58,831 nt of DNA from Sphaerodactylus townsendi (Eukaryota), in NCBI RefSeq assembly GCF_021028975.2, contig NC_059427.1:8437170-8496000 (forward strand), given 5' to 3'. Under the pieces are notes generated by a model, which was not told the origin of the DNA, did no database searches, and worked only from the letters and a program-made list of their open reading frames with translations. A program made the translations under genes and the position numbers. This document shows positions 48,905-58,831 of the stretch, one piece after another (position 1 is the stretch's first letter; every line of letters begins with the position of its first letter).

Positions 48905-49618
48905 ATGGAGAAAAAGACTACAGGCCCCAAATTAGGGGAAGTATCACAGGAAAGAGGAACCATCCCTCATGTCCAGGCTGGGAGTATTGGGGAAATCCTG
49001 CAAATGAGAATGGGATTTCCAATGAATCAGCCCTCAAAGGAGGGATCCCTTTCCCTCAAGCAGTGGGACGTTCGGTGGCAGGAATTCCTCAGGACGGTGG
49101 AGTCCTCTCCCTCTCCATGGGGAATCCGACATTTATCGGAGAAAACTTCCCCCTGGGCGAATGCCAAGGCCTTCCTGACCTCCTTTGAACAAGTGGCCGA
49201 AGCCTGTCAGTGGCCCCAGGAAGAATGGGTGACCCGACTCCTGCCAGCCCTCAGTGGAGAAACTGCACAAGCCTTTAACAGGCTGGATGTCCAGGACAGA
49301 GAGAATTATGGGAAAGTGAAAGCAGCCATCTTGAGAGGGGATTCCCTGAGCCGGGAGAAACAGCGTCAGCAGTTCAGAGGTTTCTGCTACCAGGAGGCTG
49401 AGGGACCGCGGGGGGCTTACATTCGGCTTCGGGAAATGTGCCACGAGTGGCTGAGAGTGGAAAATCACAGCAAGGAGCAGATCGTGGAGGTCTTGATCCT
49501 AGAGCAGCTGCTGAGCATCCTTTCCCCAGAGATCCAGAGCCAAGTGAGAGAGAGTGGCCCTGAGAGCTGCTGCCAGGCGGTGGATCTGGCTGAGGAGTTC
49601 CTCTTGAGGCAGAAGCAG
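48905..49618 (+). CDS. Gene E first coding exon: capsid-like region + SCAN
   Basis: ATG 48905, SCAN motifs, donor CAG|GTAAGG at 49619. Confidence 0.92.
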
Positions 49619-50099
49619 GTAAGGCATTTCTGTTTTGTGAGTCCTGAGTGTGGGAGGGCCTGGGAGGAGCTGGGACTGACATCTCAATCATCTTAAGAGG
49701 ATCAGAGGAGATCCAAAGTGTGATGGGAGGGTCTGTTGCTTCATTTTCCTGGAGTCTGAATCCAGAGTTTTGAGTGGAGAGGAATTCCCTCTCAGTCTGC
49801 GAACTAGTGCATGGGCTCACATTGATGGGGTCACCCTCCCCCTGAAAGTGCAGGTATTGGGGTTCTAGGTGCTCAAAATTCCTGCCCCTTTGTCATCTCC
49901 ACAGGTTAGAGGTGTGGCCTGGAGAGTCCTGAATACCTTCTCCTTTCAATATTGCTGAAGGAGATTCTGTTCCACTTTCTCCAAATTACATACCAATAAA
50001 ACTGCTAAGGTCAGGGTGGAAGAAACAGCCCTCTTCTTTGCCTCCCCTCCCAGTTTTTGTGACTCTGCCCTAAAAGAATCCTTGCCTCTGATGTTGCAG

Positions 50100-50232
50100 G
50101 TGCCCTTGGAAGAGGAGACTGGAAGTGTCTCTGAGGAAGGTGTAGCTCCATCTGAGAGTGAGCAGAGGCATGCCTTAATGGGCATCAAAGAAGAAGAAGA
50201 AGAAGAAGAAGAAAGAGAGGCTGGCCTGCTGG
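50100..50232 (+). CDS. Gene E exon 2: degenerate KRAB-A-like exon with a (GAA)8 poly-Glu expansion
   Basis: TTGCAG acceptor, GTAAGG donor; 133 nt, phase 0-1. Confidence 0.8.
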
Positions 50233-51356
50233 GTAAGGACGGAGGCCTTCTGAGACCTGAAATTGGGGAGTCTCTGATGTTCCTTCTGAGGCTGAGCTCA
50301 GCAGTGGTTCCTTCTCCCCTTTCAGGGGCTGCTTCCCTGTCCTTCAGTTTTCTGGTGGACTTGATATTTTCAGGAAGGGGGCTGGTAACATAAGAGGAGT
50401 TTCATCAACTCTTCCCTACAGGAGGCCTCTAGTTGCCTTTGGGCCTTCCCAGTTCTTTTTCCCCTCCAGAAACCAGTCCCCATTGGCCTCTTTGGTTGGT
50501 TGACAAGGCTCTCCCCCCCCCACACACACACACACTTTTTCAGAGTCTGAGAACCAATTGGCCCATGTTGGCTCTATCACAAAACTTTCTGGATTTTACA
50601 GCACTTTTTGTACTTAACCATCAATCACAGAAAATCGAAGGGGGAGGGGCTGTGGCTGAGTGGCAGAGCATCTACTCGTCATGCAAAAGGTCTCAGGTTC
50701 AATCTCCAGAATCTCTAGTTAAAGTATGAAGTGGCAGATGATATGAAGGATCTCAGCCTGAGGCCCTTTAGAACTGCTGCCAGTTTCAGTAGACAATACT
50801 GACCCTTGATGGATTGAGGGTCTGATTCAGTATAAAGCAGATTTATATTTTCCCTGGACTTTGGCTGAAGACATGTTTTCCCCTTTGGTAATTTCAAGAT
50901 TTTTAAACAGGCTGTACGAATTTCAATAGGTTTTATGAATCTTAAGCATATTTTATTGTTACAGGTTACAATTGTTTTCAGGTTGTATCAGTTTTTATGA
51001 GTCTTATAATGAAACCTGCCCTGAGACCTTTGGGTATAGGGCAAGATAAAAATATTTATAAATAAATATGTGTTCAAATGTACATCAAAACAAATATGAA
51101 GTGACACAGATCAAAACTTTAGTCCTGTTTTTCCTTGAAGTGGGAGTCTGGGGAGAGGGAGGGAAAGGTGGAAGAGAAAACCAGCTCCATTGCCAGACCT
51201 GGCTGGCTGCTTATTCTGGTGTTGAAGGCAGCCCTAAGGTGTTGAAGGCACCCCTAAGGGATGAATCAAAATATATGCCAACAGTCAGGAGTGACAGATT
51301 TGAGACTTGGGTTTTTTGCGTGACTGCTGACTGGATGTCTCTTTTTATTGCAGCAG

Positions 51357-51770
51357 GAATTGTAGGGGAAATAGCTGGGGAATTACAAGGAGCATCACCA
51401 AAAAACACTAAAGAGGAAGACTTTGAAGTAAACTTTCGGGATTCAGATGGAAACAGGAGGAAGAAGGGAATCAACACAGATGAAAAGAGTGATAAGCCCA
51501 TTTGTTGCCAGGGGGAAGGCTTCCATGAAATCCTCATCCAAGAAGAAAGGCCACCTAAAAACAGAAGGAACAAAGGCCTCTGTTTTCACCAGACAGTCCA
51601 TTGCAGCAAGAAGCAAAATGAAAGGATAGCTTTTGGAAAGACCTTTATTCAAAAAATGAGTGTTTGCCAGGAACAAATTCATTCGAGAGCAAAACAATAT
51701 AATTGCTCAGAGTGTGAAATGAGCTTCAGTCATCGAACAGCCCTGACTTCGCATCAAAGAATTCACTCAG
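51357..51770 (+). CDS. Gene E exon 3: truncated terminal-type exon with one intact finger
   Basis: CAGCAG acceptor; YNCSECEMSFSHRTALTSHQRIHS-G, donor TCAG|GTAAGG. Confidence 0.8.
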
Positions 51771-51953
51771 GTAAGGAGCTGTATAAAATTTTCTTTGATT
51801 CAGCTTTAATGAACATTTGAAGTGTCAATTAATGGATGCTGCAGTGTACCCCAGGAAGGATTCACTGCCCTATGCTCTGGCTGGAAAAACCTTCAAGAGC
51901 AGGTCAGACTTCCTTGTGTGATGCTAATAGGATATCTCTCTTTATTCCCACAG

Positions 51954-52978
51954 GGGCTGATCAGGAGAATGTGGATGAAGAGGAACTGCCTGGGTTACTG
52001 TCGGGCAAAGCCAAGAATCCGGAGGTGAAAGGAAACTTTAGGAATCTAGACGGAGCAAAGGGACATGAAAGAAGCCACCTGGTTGAAAAGAAGAGTCAAC
52101 CCACTCCTTGCCAAGGAGGGGATATCTATGAAGTAATTCACGTGGCGGAAGAGGTGTACAAATGCTTGGAGTGCGGAATGGGCTTCTCAGATCAAACCCA
52201 ATATAATATCCATTTGCAAAAGCATAGTGAAAAGAACATCCCTAAATGTTTGGGGTCTGGAAAGAGTTTACTAGGCAGATCAGAACTTTTTAAACATCAA
52301 AGAGTCCACACAGCAGGGAAAGCGTATACCTGCTCATCGTGTGGCAAGAACTTTTCACAGAAAGCAAGCCTTATTCATCACCAAAGAATTCATTCAGAAG
52401 AGAAGCCATTTATTGGCTCAGGGAGTGGAAAGAGTTTATCTGATAGAAAAAAGGGCAATGTATATTTTACAAAGCTTAATCGAACAAAAACATATAAATG
52501 CTTTCAGTGTGGAAAGTACTTCAGATACAAATCTCAGCTCCTTGTGCACCAAAGAGTCCACACAGGGGAAAAACCTTTTGAATGTTTGGAGTGTGGAAAG
52601 AAATTTAGTCAGAGTGGCAATCTTCAACAGCATCAAAGAACCCACACAGTAGAGAAACCTTTTGAATGCTCAGAGTGTGGAAAGAAATTCAGTATGAGTT
52701 TGCATCTTGACCAGCATCTAAGAACTCACACAGGAGAGAAACGTTTTGAATGCTCAGTGTGTGGAAAGAAATTTAGTAGATGTATGCATCTTGAACAGCA
52801 TTTAAGAACCCATACAGGGGAGAAACCTTTCGAGTGCTCTGAGTGTGGAAAGCAATTCAGTTGGAGTAGCAATCTTCAGCGGCATCAAAGAATCCACACA
52901 GGGGAGAAACCTTTTGAATGCTCAGCATGTGGAAAGAAATTCAGTCAGAGTTGCCATCTTCAACAGCATCTAAGAACC
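51954..52978 (+). CDS. Gene E terminal exon: at least 7 intact fingers + 2 degenerate; an 8th finger is cut by the assembly gap
   Basis: CCACAG acceptor at 51953; array runs into the N gap 52979-53066, so the true stop is unknown. Confidence 0.88.
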
Positions 52979-54149
52979 NNNNNNNNNNNNNNNNNNNNNN
53001 NNNNNNNNNNNNNNNNNNNNNNNNNNNNNNNNNNNNNNNNNNNNNNNNNNNNNNNNNNNNNNNNNNAGATAAAAGTAGTACATAATAAACTTAAACTATT
53101 TAAAATATGACGGCGGTCTATTTTTAGTACTGCTCTAGGGCCAAACTAGGCACAAAAAACGCCTGTGCTATCCTTGCCACATGTCAGCAGGACTGCTTGT
53201 CTTTCTAAGAAAGATTGAGTAGCCCTTAGCCCTGCAGCATTGCAAATGTCTGTCAGGGTCTATTTTAGAAATGTAGCATGCCTGTGTGAAAGAGTGGATG
53301 ATTTGCCTTCTCCAAGTGGTAGTTTGGGAGGACAGTTTTTGAGGGAAAATGACTGAACTCACACGCTCACCTCTGCCATTGCTAGTCTGATCCATTTTGC
53401 AAGTTGCTTTTCACTTTTTAAAAAGTTGGGAGGCTGATCCATGCCTTGCTATGTACAGTCTATCTTGATGACAGTTATTAGTTGCAATACCTAATACTTC
53501 CCTTTTACATAGGCATGCTTATCTGGATGATGTTCACCTTATTTTGTAAAGTTGATTAGTTTTTCAGCCCGCAAATATTTGTAAAATATACGATGTGGCC
53601 CTTGAATTGAATAGNNNNNNNNNNNNNNNNNNNNNNNNNNNNNNNNNNNNNNNNNNNNNNNNNNNNNNNNNNNNNNNNNNNNNNNNNNNNNNNNNNNNNN
53701 NNNNNNNNNNNNNNNNNNNNNNNNNNNNNNNNNNNNNNNNNNNNNNNNNNNNNNNNNNNNNNNNNNNNNNNNNNNNNNNNNNNNNNNNNNNNNNNNNNNN
53801 NNNNNNNNNNNNNAGAATCTGAGTTCGAATTTCCTCTTTTGCAGTGGAAATGGAAGATGAAGATTTTGGAGTAGAAGACTGAGTGGAGGGATAAGCTAAA
53901 GGAAATGGTATGGAAAGGTGAATAGAGGCAATGACATACAAAGGAGCCAGAGAACTCCTCAGATTCCCCCCCCCCCCCCCAATTCCATCACAACCGACTG
54001 CCAGGATTGTCTCCTTCCAGATCTGAAATAGTGGCTGGTTTTTGTTGTTGTTGTTCAGAGCATGGAAGGTGTTTTGCTACCCAGTTGCGTGCGTGGAGTG
54101 TGTGGCTGACACCTTCACCCTAAACATGGAGGGAGACCGTCTCCCTTCA

Positions 54150-54397
54150 CTGCCCTCCCGCAAGCGCCGCTGAGGTTGGTCCTGTCTTTTCCGGTGGGAC
54201 AACTTCCCTCGCCCCACGGTCTGCAAAAGTGATGCCGGTTTAGCTTGCAAGGGGTTAATGCGACAGAGTTTGCTTCCCAGAGGGGGCGGGGGGGGGGGGA
54301 ATGAAATGAACGGTGGGGACGTTTTTCTATGGGGAGGGGTCGAGTGGGCTTTGCAGGAAGAGGAAAGGAGGGCGACAGCTTGGATCAGGAGGTGAGG
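54150..54397 (+). promoter_or_regulatory. CpG-rich putative promoter / exon 1 of gene F (candidate donor GTGAGG at 54392)
   Basis: AAGGGGTTAA...AGTTTGCTTCCCAGAG module, GC boxes, local CpG enrichment. Confidence 0.45.
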
Positions 54398-55563
54398 GGC
54401 GGGGACGGGGCATGTGGGGGGCGAGAAATGGGGAGGGAGTCCTCTTGGCCCCCGAGTTTATCCTCCCTCCCCGTTAAAGCAAGGAGGGGAAAAATATGTT
54501 TGCACGTGTCTGCATCCCCACCACACACTCTTGAGAAGAAAGAAGGTCCCAGGTTCAAATCTCTGCCATCGCAGTTGGGAAAGATCCTTGGCTCCATCCT
54601 CAGAGGAAGCAGTATGAGGTGGTGCTGGAGTTCGCAGGGGGCGGGATGAGGCTGTACCACCTCAAATGTTGCAAGGGGCGAGGGCTGACGTGTTCTTCCT
54701 CCCCCACACGAAAAGTGTTGCAAATAAACAAGCAAAGAGCAAGGGCTTGGAAATTCTTGAAGATCTGGGGATGGAATTTGGAGTGGACAGGGACCCCAGT
54801 GGAGTATGATGTCATAGAGCCCACCCTCCAAAGCATTTGTTTTCTCCAGGGGAACTTGATTGTAGTAATACGCTGGTTAATAATCTCTGTAATGAGTGTG
54901 GAATCAGAGGTTCGCCTACAATGGTTAAGTGGTAGTAGGGGTTAAATCCAATTCACAAAGTTAGAGTCTGCCACTCAAGGGAGGAGTGGAAAATCAAACT
55001 TGGCTCTGCAATACAAGGGGAAGGCAGGAAGATGGCATGCCATGGATAAAAGCTTTTTGAATTAGTGACATTTTTGCTTTGGACTCAAGTTTACTTTGGG
55101 CCCAAGTCACCCAACCCACCATTTTTGCCTTCAACATGAAATAAGTCTGCCAAGCATATGTTGACAACTGATGGTGCAATGTGCCATAAAGTTGCAGCCA
55201 ACTTAGTGACAACTTAATAGGGTTTTCAAGGCAAGAGACAAATAGAGGTGTTTTGCCATTCCTCTGCATAGTGACCCCGGTATTCCTTGCAGATCTCCCA
55301 TCCAATCCTTCTGAGATCTGACAAGATTAGGCTTGCCTGGGCATGACAGCAATCCCAATTTTATCTTTCAAAGGTAAATTGTGTATTTACAAAAGGAGAG
55401 TTAAAATATTGATTTAAAAGGTATGATTTCCACATATTTAGCATATGTCCAGAAGCTGAACACTTACTTGTTTTCACGCTTATTCTGTTTTCTCCAGGTG
55501 GAAGCTCATGCACATCTCTTCAGGTCACTGCACCTGAAAGGATTTCTATAACATCCACCAAGG

Positions 55564-56305
55564 ATGAAGATGGAAGAGCAAGATCCCTTAAGTTGCACAT
55601 TAGACAGAGCCGAGGGGACAGGAAAAATCCCTCTCGACTTCCAGGCCGGGAGCGTCAGAGAATTCCTGCAAAGGAGACCACAAGCAGTTAAACAGGAATC
55701 TGATGAGGGTTCCCTTCAGCAGTGGGAAACCCAGTGGCAGGAGTTCCTGAAGACAGTGGAGTCTCCTCCTAGAGGCTGGGGAACCCCAGAGCTGCCAGAG
55801 GACCACAGGACATGGGAGGACACAAAGGCCTTCCTGGCCTCCTTTGAACAAGTAGCCAAAGGCTGCCGTTGGCCCAAGGAAGAGTGGGTGGCCCGACTCC
55901 TGCCAGCCCTGAATGGAGAAACGGAGCAGGTGTTTAGCAGTTTGGATCTCAGAGATAGGAGTGACTATAGGAAAGTGAAGGGAGCCATCTTGCGAGGGGA
56001 TGCTTTGAGGCGGGAAAGGCAGCCAGCCAGTACTTCCGGGACGCTTTCTGCTATCAAGAGGTTGACGGGTCGAGAGGGACATGTTGTCGCCTTCAGGAAC
56101 TTTGCCTCATGAGTGGCTGAGAGTGGAGAGACACTCCAAGGAGCAGATCCTGGAGCTGCTGATCCTGGAGCAGTTCCTGGCCATCCTGCCCCCAGAGATC
56201 CAGACCTGGGTGAGGGAATGCGGCCCCGAAAGCTGCTCTCAGGCAGTAGCCCTGGCAGAAGGCTTTCTGTTGAAGCAACAAGAGGCCCGAAGACATGAAG
56301 AACAG
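55564..56305 (+). CDS. Gene F first coding exon: capsid-like region + SCAN, with apparent frameshifts at ~56020-56110
   Basis: Acceptor CTCCAG at 55497, ATG 55564, SCAN split over three frames, donor CAG|GTGAGG at 56306; either a pseudogene or sequence error. Confidence 0.75.
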
Positions 56306-56879
56306 GTGAGGATGTCCCAGTTTGTGGTTCCTACATGCCACATGACCTGTGGTGGAGCAAGTGTAGAGATCTTTGTCTCTTCTGGGACTTGGAAGGCCAA
56401 GCAGCAAGCTCAGCCAGCCTTCTTGCTTGCCTCTCCTGGATTGACCAGTGTGGCCAATCCTGTCCTTTTCACTGAATCCAGTCTCGAATAAAGGACAGGT
56501 TCTCCAAAAAGAAGTAGTCTTTTCTTCCTTAATGGGGCTGCTAAGCATGGGGGGGGGGGGCGGGGAGCCAGTGTGGTGTAGTGGTTAAAAGTGACAGACT
56601 GTAATCTAGAGAACCAGGTTCAATTCCCCACTGCTTCACATGAAGACTGCTGGGTGACCCTGGGTCAGTCACGGGTTCTCTCAGAATCCTCACCTACACA
56701 CAGAGGCAGGCAATGGCAAATCACCTCTGAACATTTCTTTCTTGTCTTGGAAACCCTGTGGTCTCACTCCATAAAATTGGTTGTGGTTTGATGGCACATT
56801 TTCACCACTCAAGTATTCGCTGGGGTGGGGGATGGGGCCTTTTTCCCTCCCACTGTAACATCCCTCTCTGCCATTGCAG

Positions 56880-57005
56880 GCGCTGTTTGAACAGGCAGCT
56901 GTGAGTTTCTTTGAGGCAGGCCAGCCTCTGCCTGAAAGCGAAGCGGAGGAGGCTGTGGACCTGCAGAAGCCAAAGAGGAGACTGAGGACAATGGCAACCC
57001 GTGGG
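56880..57005 (+). CDS. Gene F exon 2: KRAB-A-like exon (ALFEQAAVSF...), with extra inserted bases
   Basis: TTGCAG acceptor; 126 nt versus 121 in paralogs; donor reads GTACAG. Confidence 0.55.
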
Positions 57006-57292
57006 GTACAGAGTGAGGCCTTTATGGGTCTTGAGTTCTTGGGTGCTCTGAAGCTCTCTCTCTCTCTTTAGACAATTCAGGGGTCTTCAAACCTGCAGGA
57101 TCTGATCAAAGGGCCACATTACACATTACGTTTTTGGATGAGTTAGAACCTGGACCAAACTCTTTGTCTCTGCAGTCACATAACATGTGCTGGGAAAGGC
57201 ATTATAGAAGTCACCAGGAACCCAATTGATAACAGCACAAGGGTTTCAAAGACACTCCCACTTCTGGGCAAGCTGGCCTCTATTACATCAAG

Positions 57293-57574
57293 GAGCAGCA
57301 GTGGCGTAGGAGGTTAAGAGCTCGTGTATCTAATCTGGAGGAACCAGGTTTGATTCCCAGCTCTGCCGCCTGAGCTGTGGAGGCTTATCTGGGGAATTCA
57401 GATTAGCCTGTACACTCCCACACCTTGGGCTAGTCACAGCTTCTCGGAGCTCTCTCAGCCCCACCCACCTCACAGGGTGTTTGTTGTGAGTGGGGAAGGG
57501 CAAGGAGATTGTCAGCCCCTTTGAGTCTCCTACAAAAGAGAAAGGGGGGATATAAATCCAAACTCTTCTTCTTC
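57293..57574 (+). mobile_element. Young tRNA-derived SINE
   Basis: AGCAGTGGCGTAGGAGGTTAAGAGC head, (TCT)n tail; matches 39331-39625. Confidence 0.88.
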
Positions 57575-58011
57575 ATCATCTTCTCAACAGTGGCTGCACA
57601 ACAACCATTTCCTTCTGATAAAAGATGCAAATAAGTATACTGGCTCCATGAGCCCTTTAAAAAAGTAGATAAAAGGGGTTAACCACGCATCTTTCAGCCT
57701 CACCATTCTTCTCCTGGTACTGTTTCCTTTAAATTCCTTATGTGATGGAGGAAGCATATTCCTTAGCAGTTAAAACATGTGAGCACATTCTGTGACATTA
57801 CGGCAACTCAGCTAATGATTAGGGCTGACCTGCACGTCAGGGAACCTTTTCAGTCAGATAATTTTGGGTTGTCAGGATGCCAGATTCCCCAGGAGCCATC
57901 CCTGGTCAAGAGCAAAATGCCCGTATGCTGGTGGGGGCATTGGCCATTGACTTGGATTCTTTTCAGATGTACTTTCTACTTGCTGCAGTTCTCTCTTTCT
58001 CTCTACCACAG

Positions 58012-58140
58012 AAGGCAGGACCATGAGAGAGATTAAGATGGACAATATTCCACAGGATGGCCTTCCTTCGCAAAAAACCCTGGAGCCTTTTTCAAGAGGA
58101 CCACAAACAAATGTTTCCTTCCTGGCAGAGATATCTCAGC
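58012..58140 (+). CDS. Gene F exon 3 (GRTMREIKMDNIPQDGLPSQKTLEPFSRGPQTNVSFLAEISQ)
   Basis: Pyrimidine tract + CAGAAG acceptor, GTGAGC donor; 129 nt, phase 1-1; homologous to the gene A exons at 204-326 / 464-610. Confidence 0.65.
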
Positions 58141-58831
58141 GTGAGCATCCTTTCCTGTTATGTTGGAGGAACCAACCAGGCATAACCAGGAGATCTGTAT
58201 ACATTGTAAAGAGGAAATAGCTTGCCAATGTCAGAGCTAAATTTTATGATCCTGGGAAACAAATACGCTTCTAAGGATTTAATCCTGTTGGGATCTCCCT
58301 TAGGATCTCCCCTGATGTAGTACCATAAAGAAATGCCCTACTAAAGTCCCCGCCGCCCCCGGCAATGCAAATAATTCAGCCTCTTAAAGAATGTACCCAT
58401 CCCAATCAGGCAGCAAAATAGCATTCAGATACACCCCCTGCCCCAGGGCTGCAGTAGAAAAGGAAATGGGCCACACCTATTCCATAAGAGGCAAGCAGTA
58501 ATAAATGTTATGCTCATTATTACTTTAAACATGATACAGAGCTTTTATTTGTTTATTTTATTAAAGTGAATACTCACTCTTTCCCATCAAAAGCTTCCAT
58601 ATGTTATTACTCACATCAAAATATCATAAACCATATGCAATTTAAAATCAGCATAATTAACAACACTATTTCAAACAATTCAACATTAAAACCCAGTACA
58701 TAACTTCATTTCAATGGTGGCCAGTCAGATGTCCATAACAGACCCTGCAGCGACCTAGAAATCTGTCCATCCCTGTCTCATCATAGATCTACTCACTGTG
58801 CAGACGGGGAGGAGGAGGGCAAGATCAGGAG

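Noticed and set aside
53067-53110. Apparent C-terminus of the gene E ORF (IKVVHNKLKLFKI)
   Set aside because: Lies beyond an N gap of uncertain size; not finger-like

Overview
Vertebrate DNA, almost certainly squamate and probably gecko-like, judged from its SINE, CR1, Penelope and SPIN repeats. It holds a head-to-tail, all plus-strand tandem cluster of six paralogous SCAN / C2H2 zinc-finger genes, here called A-F. A is 3' part only (exons 204-326, 464-610, 864-2023). B = 7064-7783, 8572-8692, 11171-12441. C = 18566-19288, 23062-23167, 24444-24860, 24997-25961. D = 32244-32879, 33823-33943, 35167-35583, 35762-36426. E = 48905-49618, 50100-50232, 51357-51770, 51954-(gap at 52979). F is 5' part only (55564-56305, 56880-57005, 58012-58140) and is frameshifted, probably by sequence errors. 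Splice sites and exon phases were checked by hand and are consistent. Main points of interest: (1) each SCAN exon also encodes about 100 aa upstream of SCAN that resembles the N-terminal lobe of a gypsy Gag capsid, so a near-complete capsid is fused to zinc fingers. (2) The KRAB-A exon is kept in frame but has decayed, with its MLE motif replaced by IKEE. (3) Genes C/D/E have a chimeric double zinc-finger exon made by a new splice donor inside a finger linker. (4) One atypical finger helix ([11 protein letters not shown]) is invariant across four paralogs. (5) Several Penelope-like element remnants carry hammerhead-ribozyme motifs. Most short ORFs in the supplied track are spurious. Assembly gaps lie at 18131-18269, 52979-53066 and 53615-53813. 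All family assignments are from recognition, not database searches.
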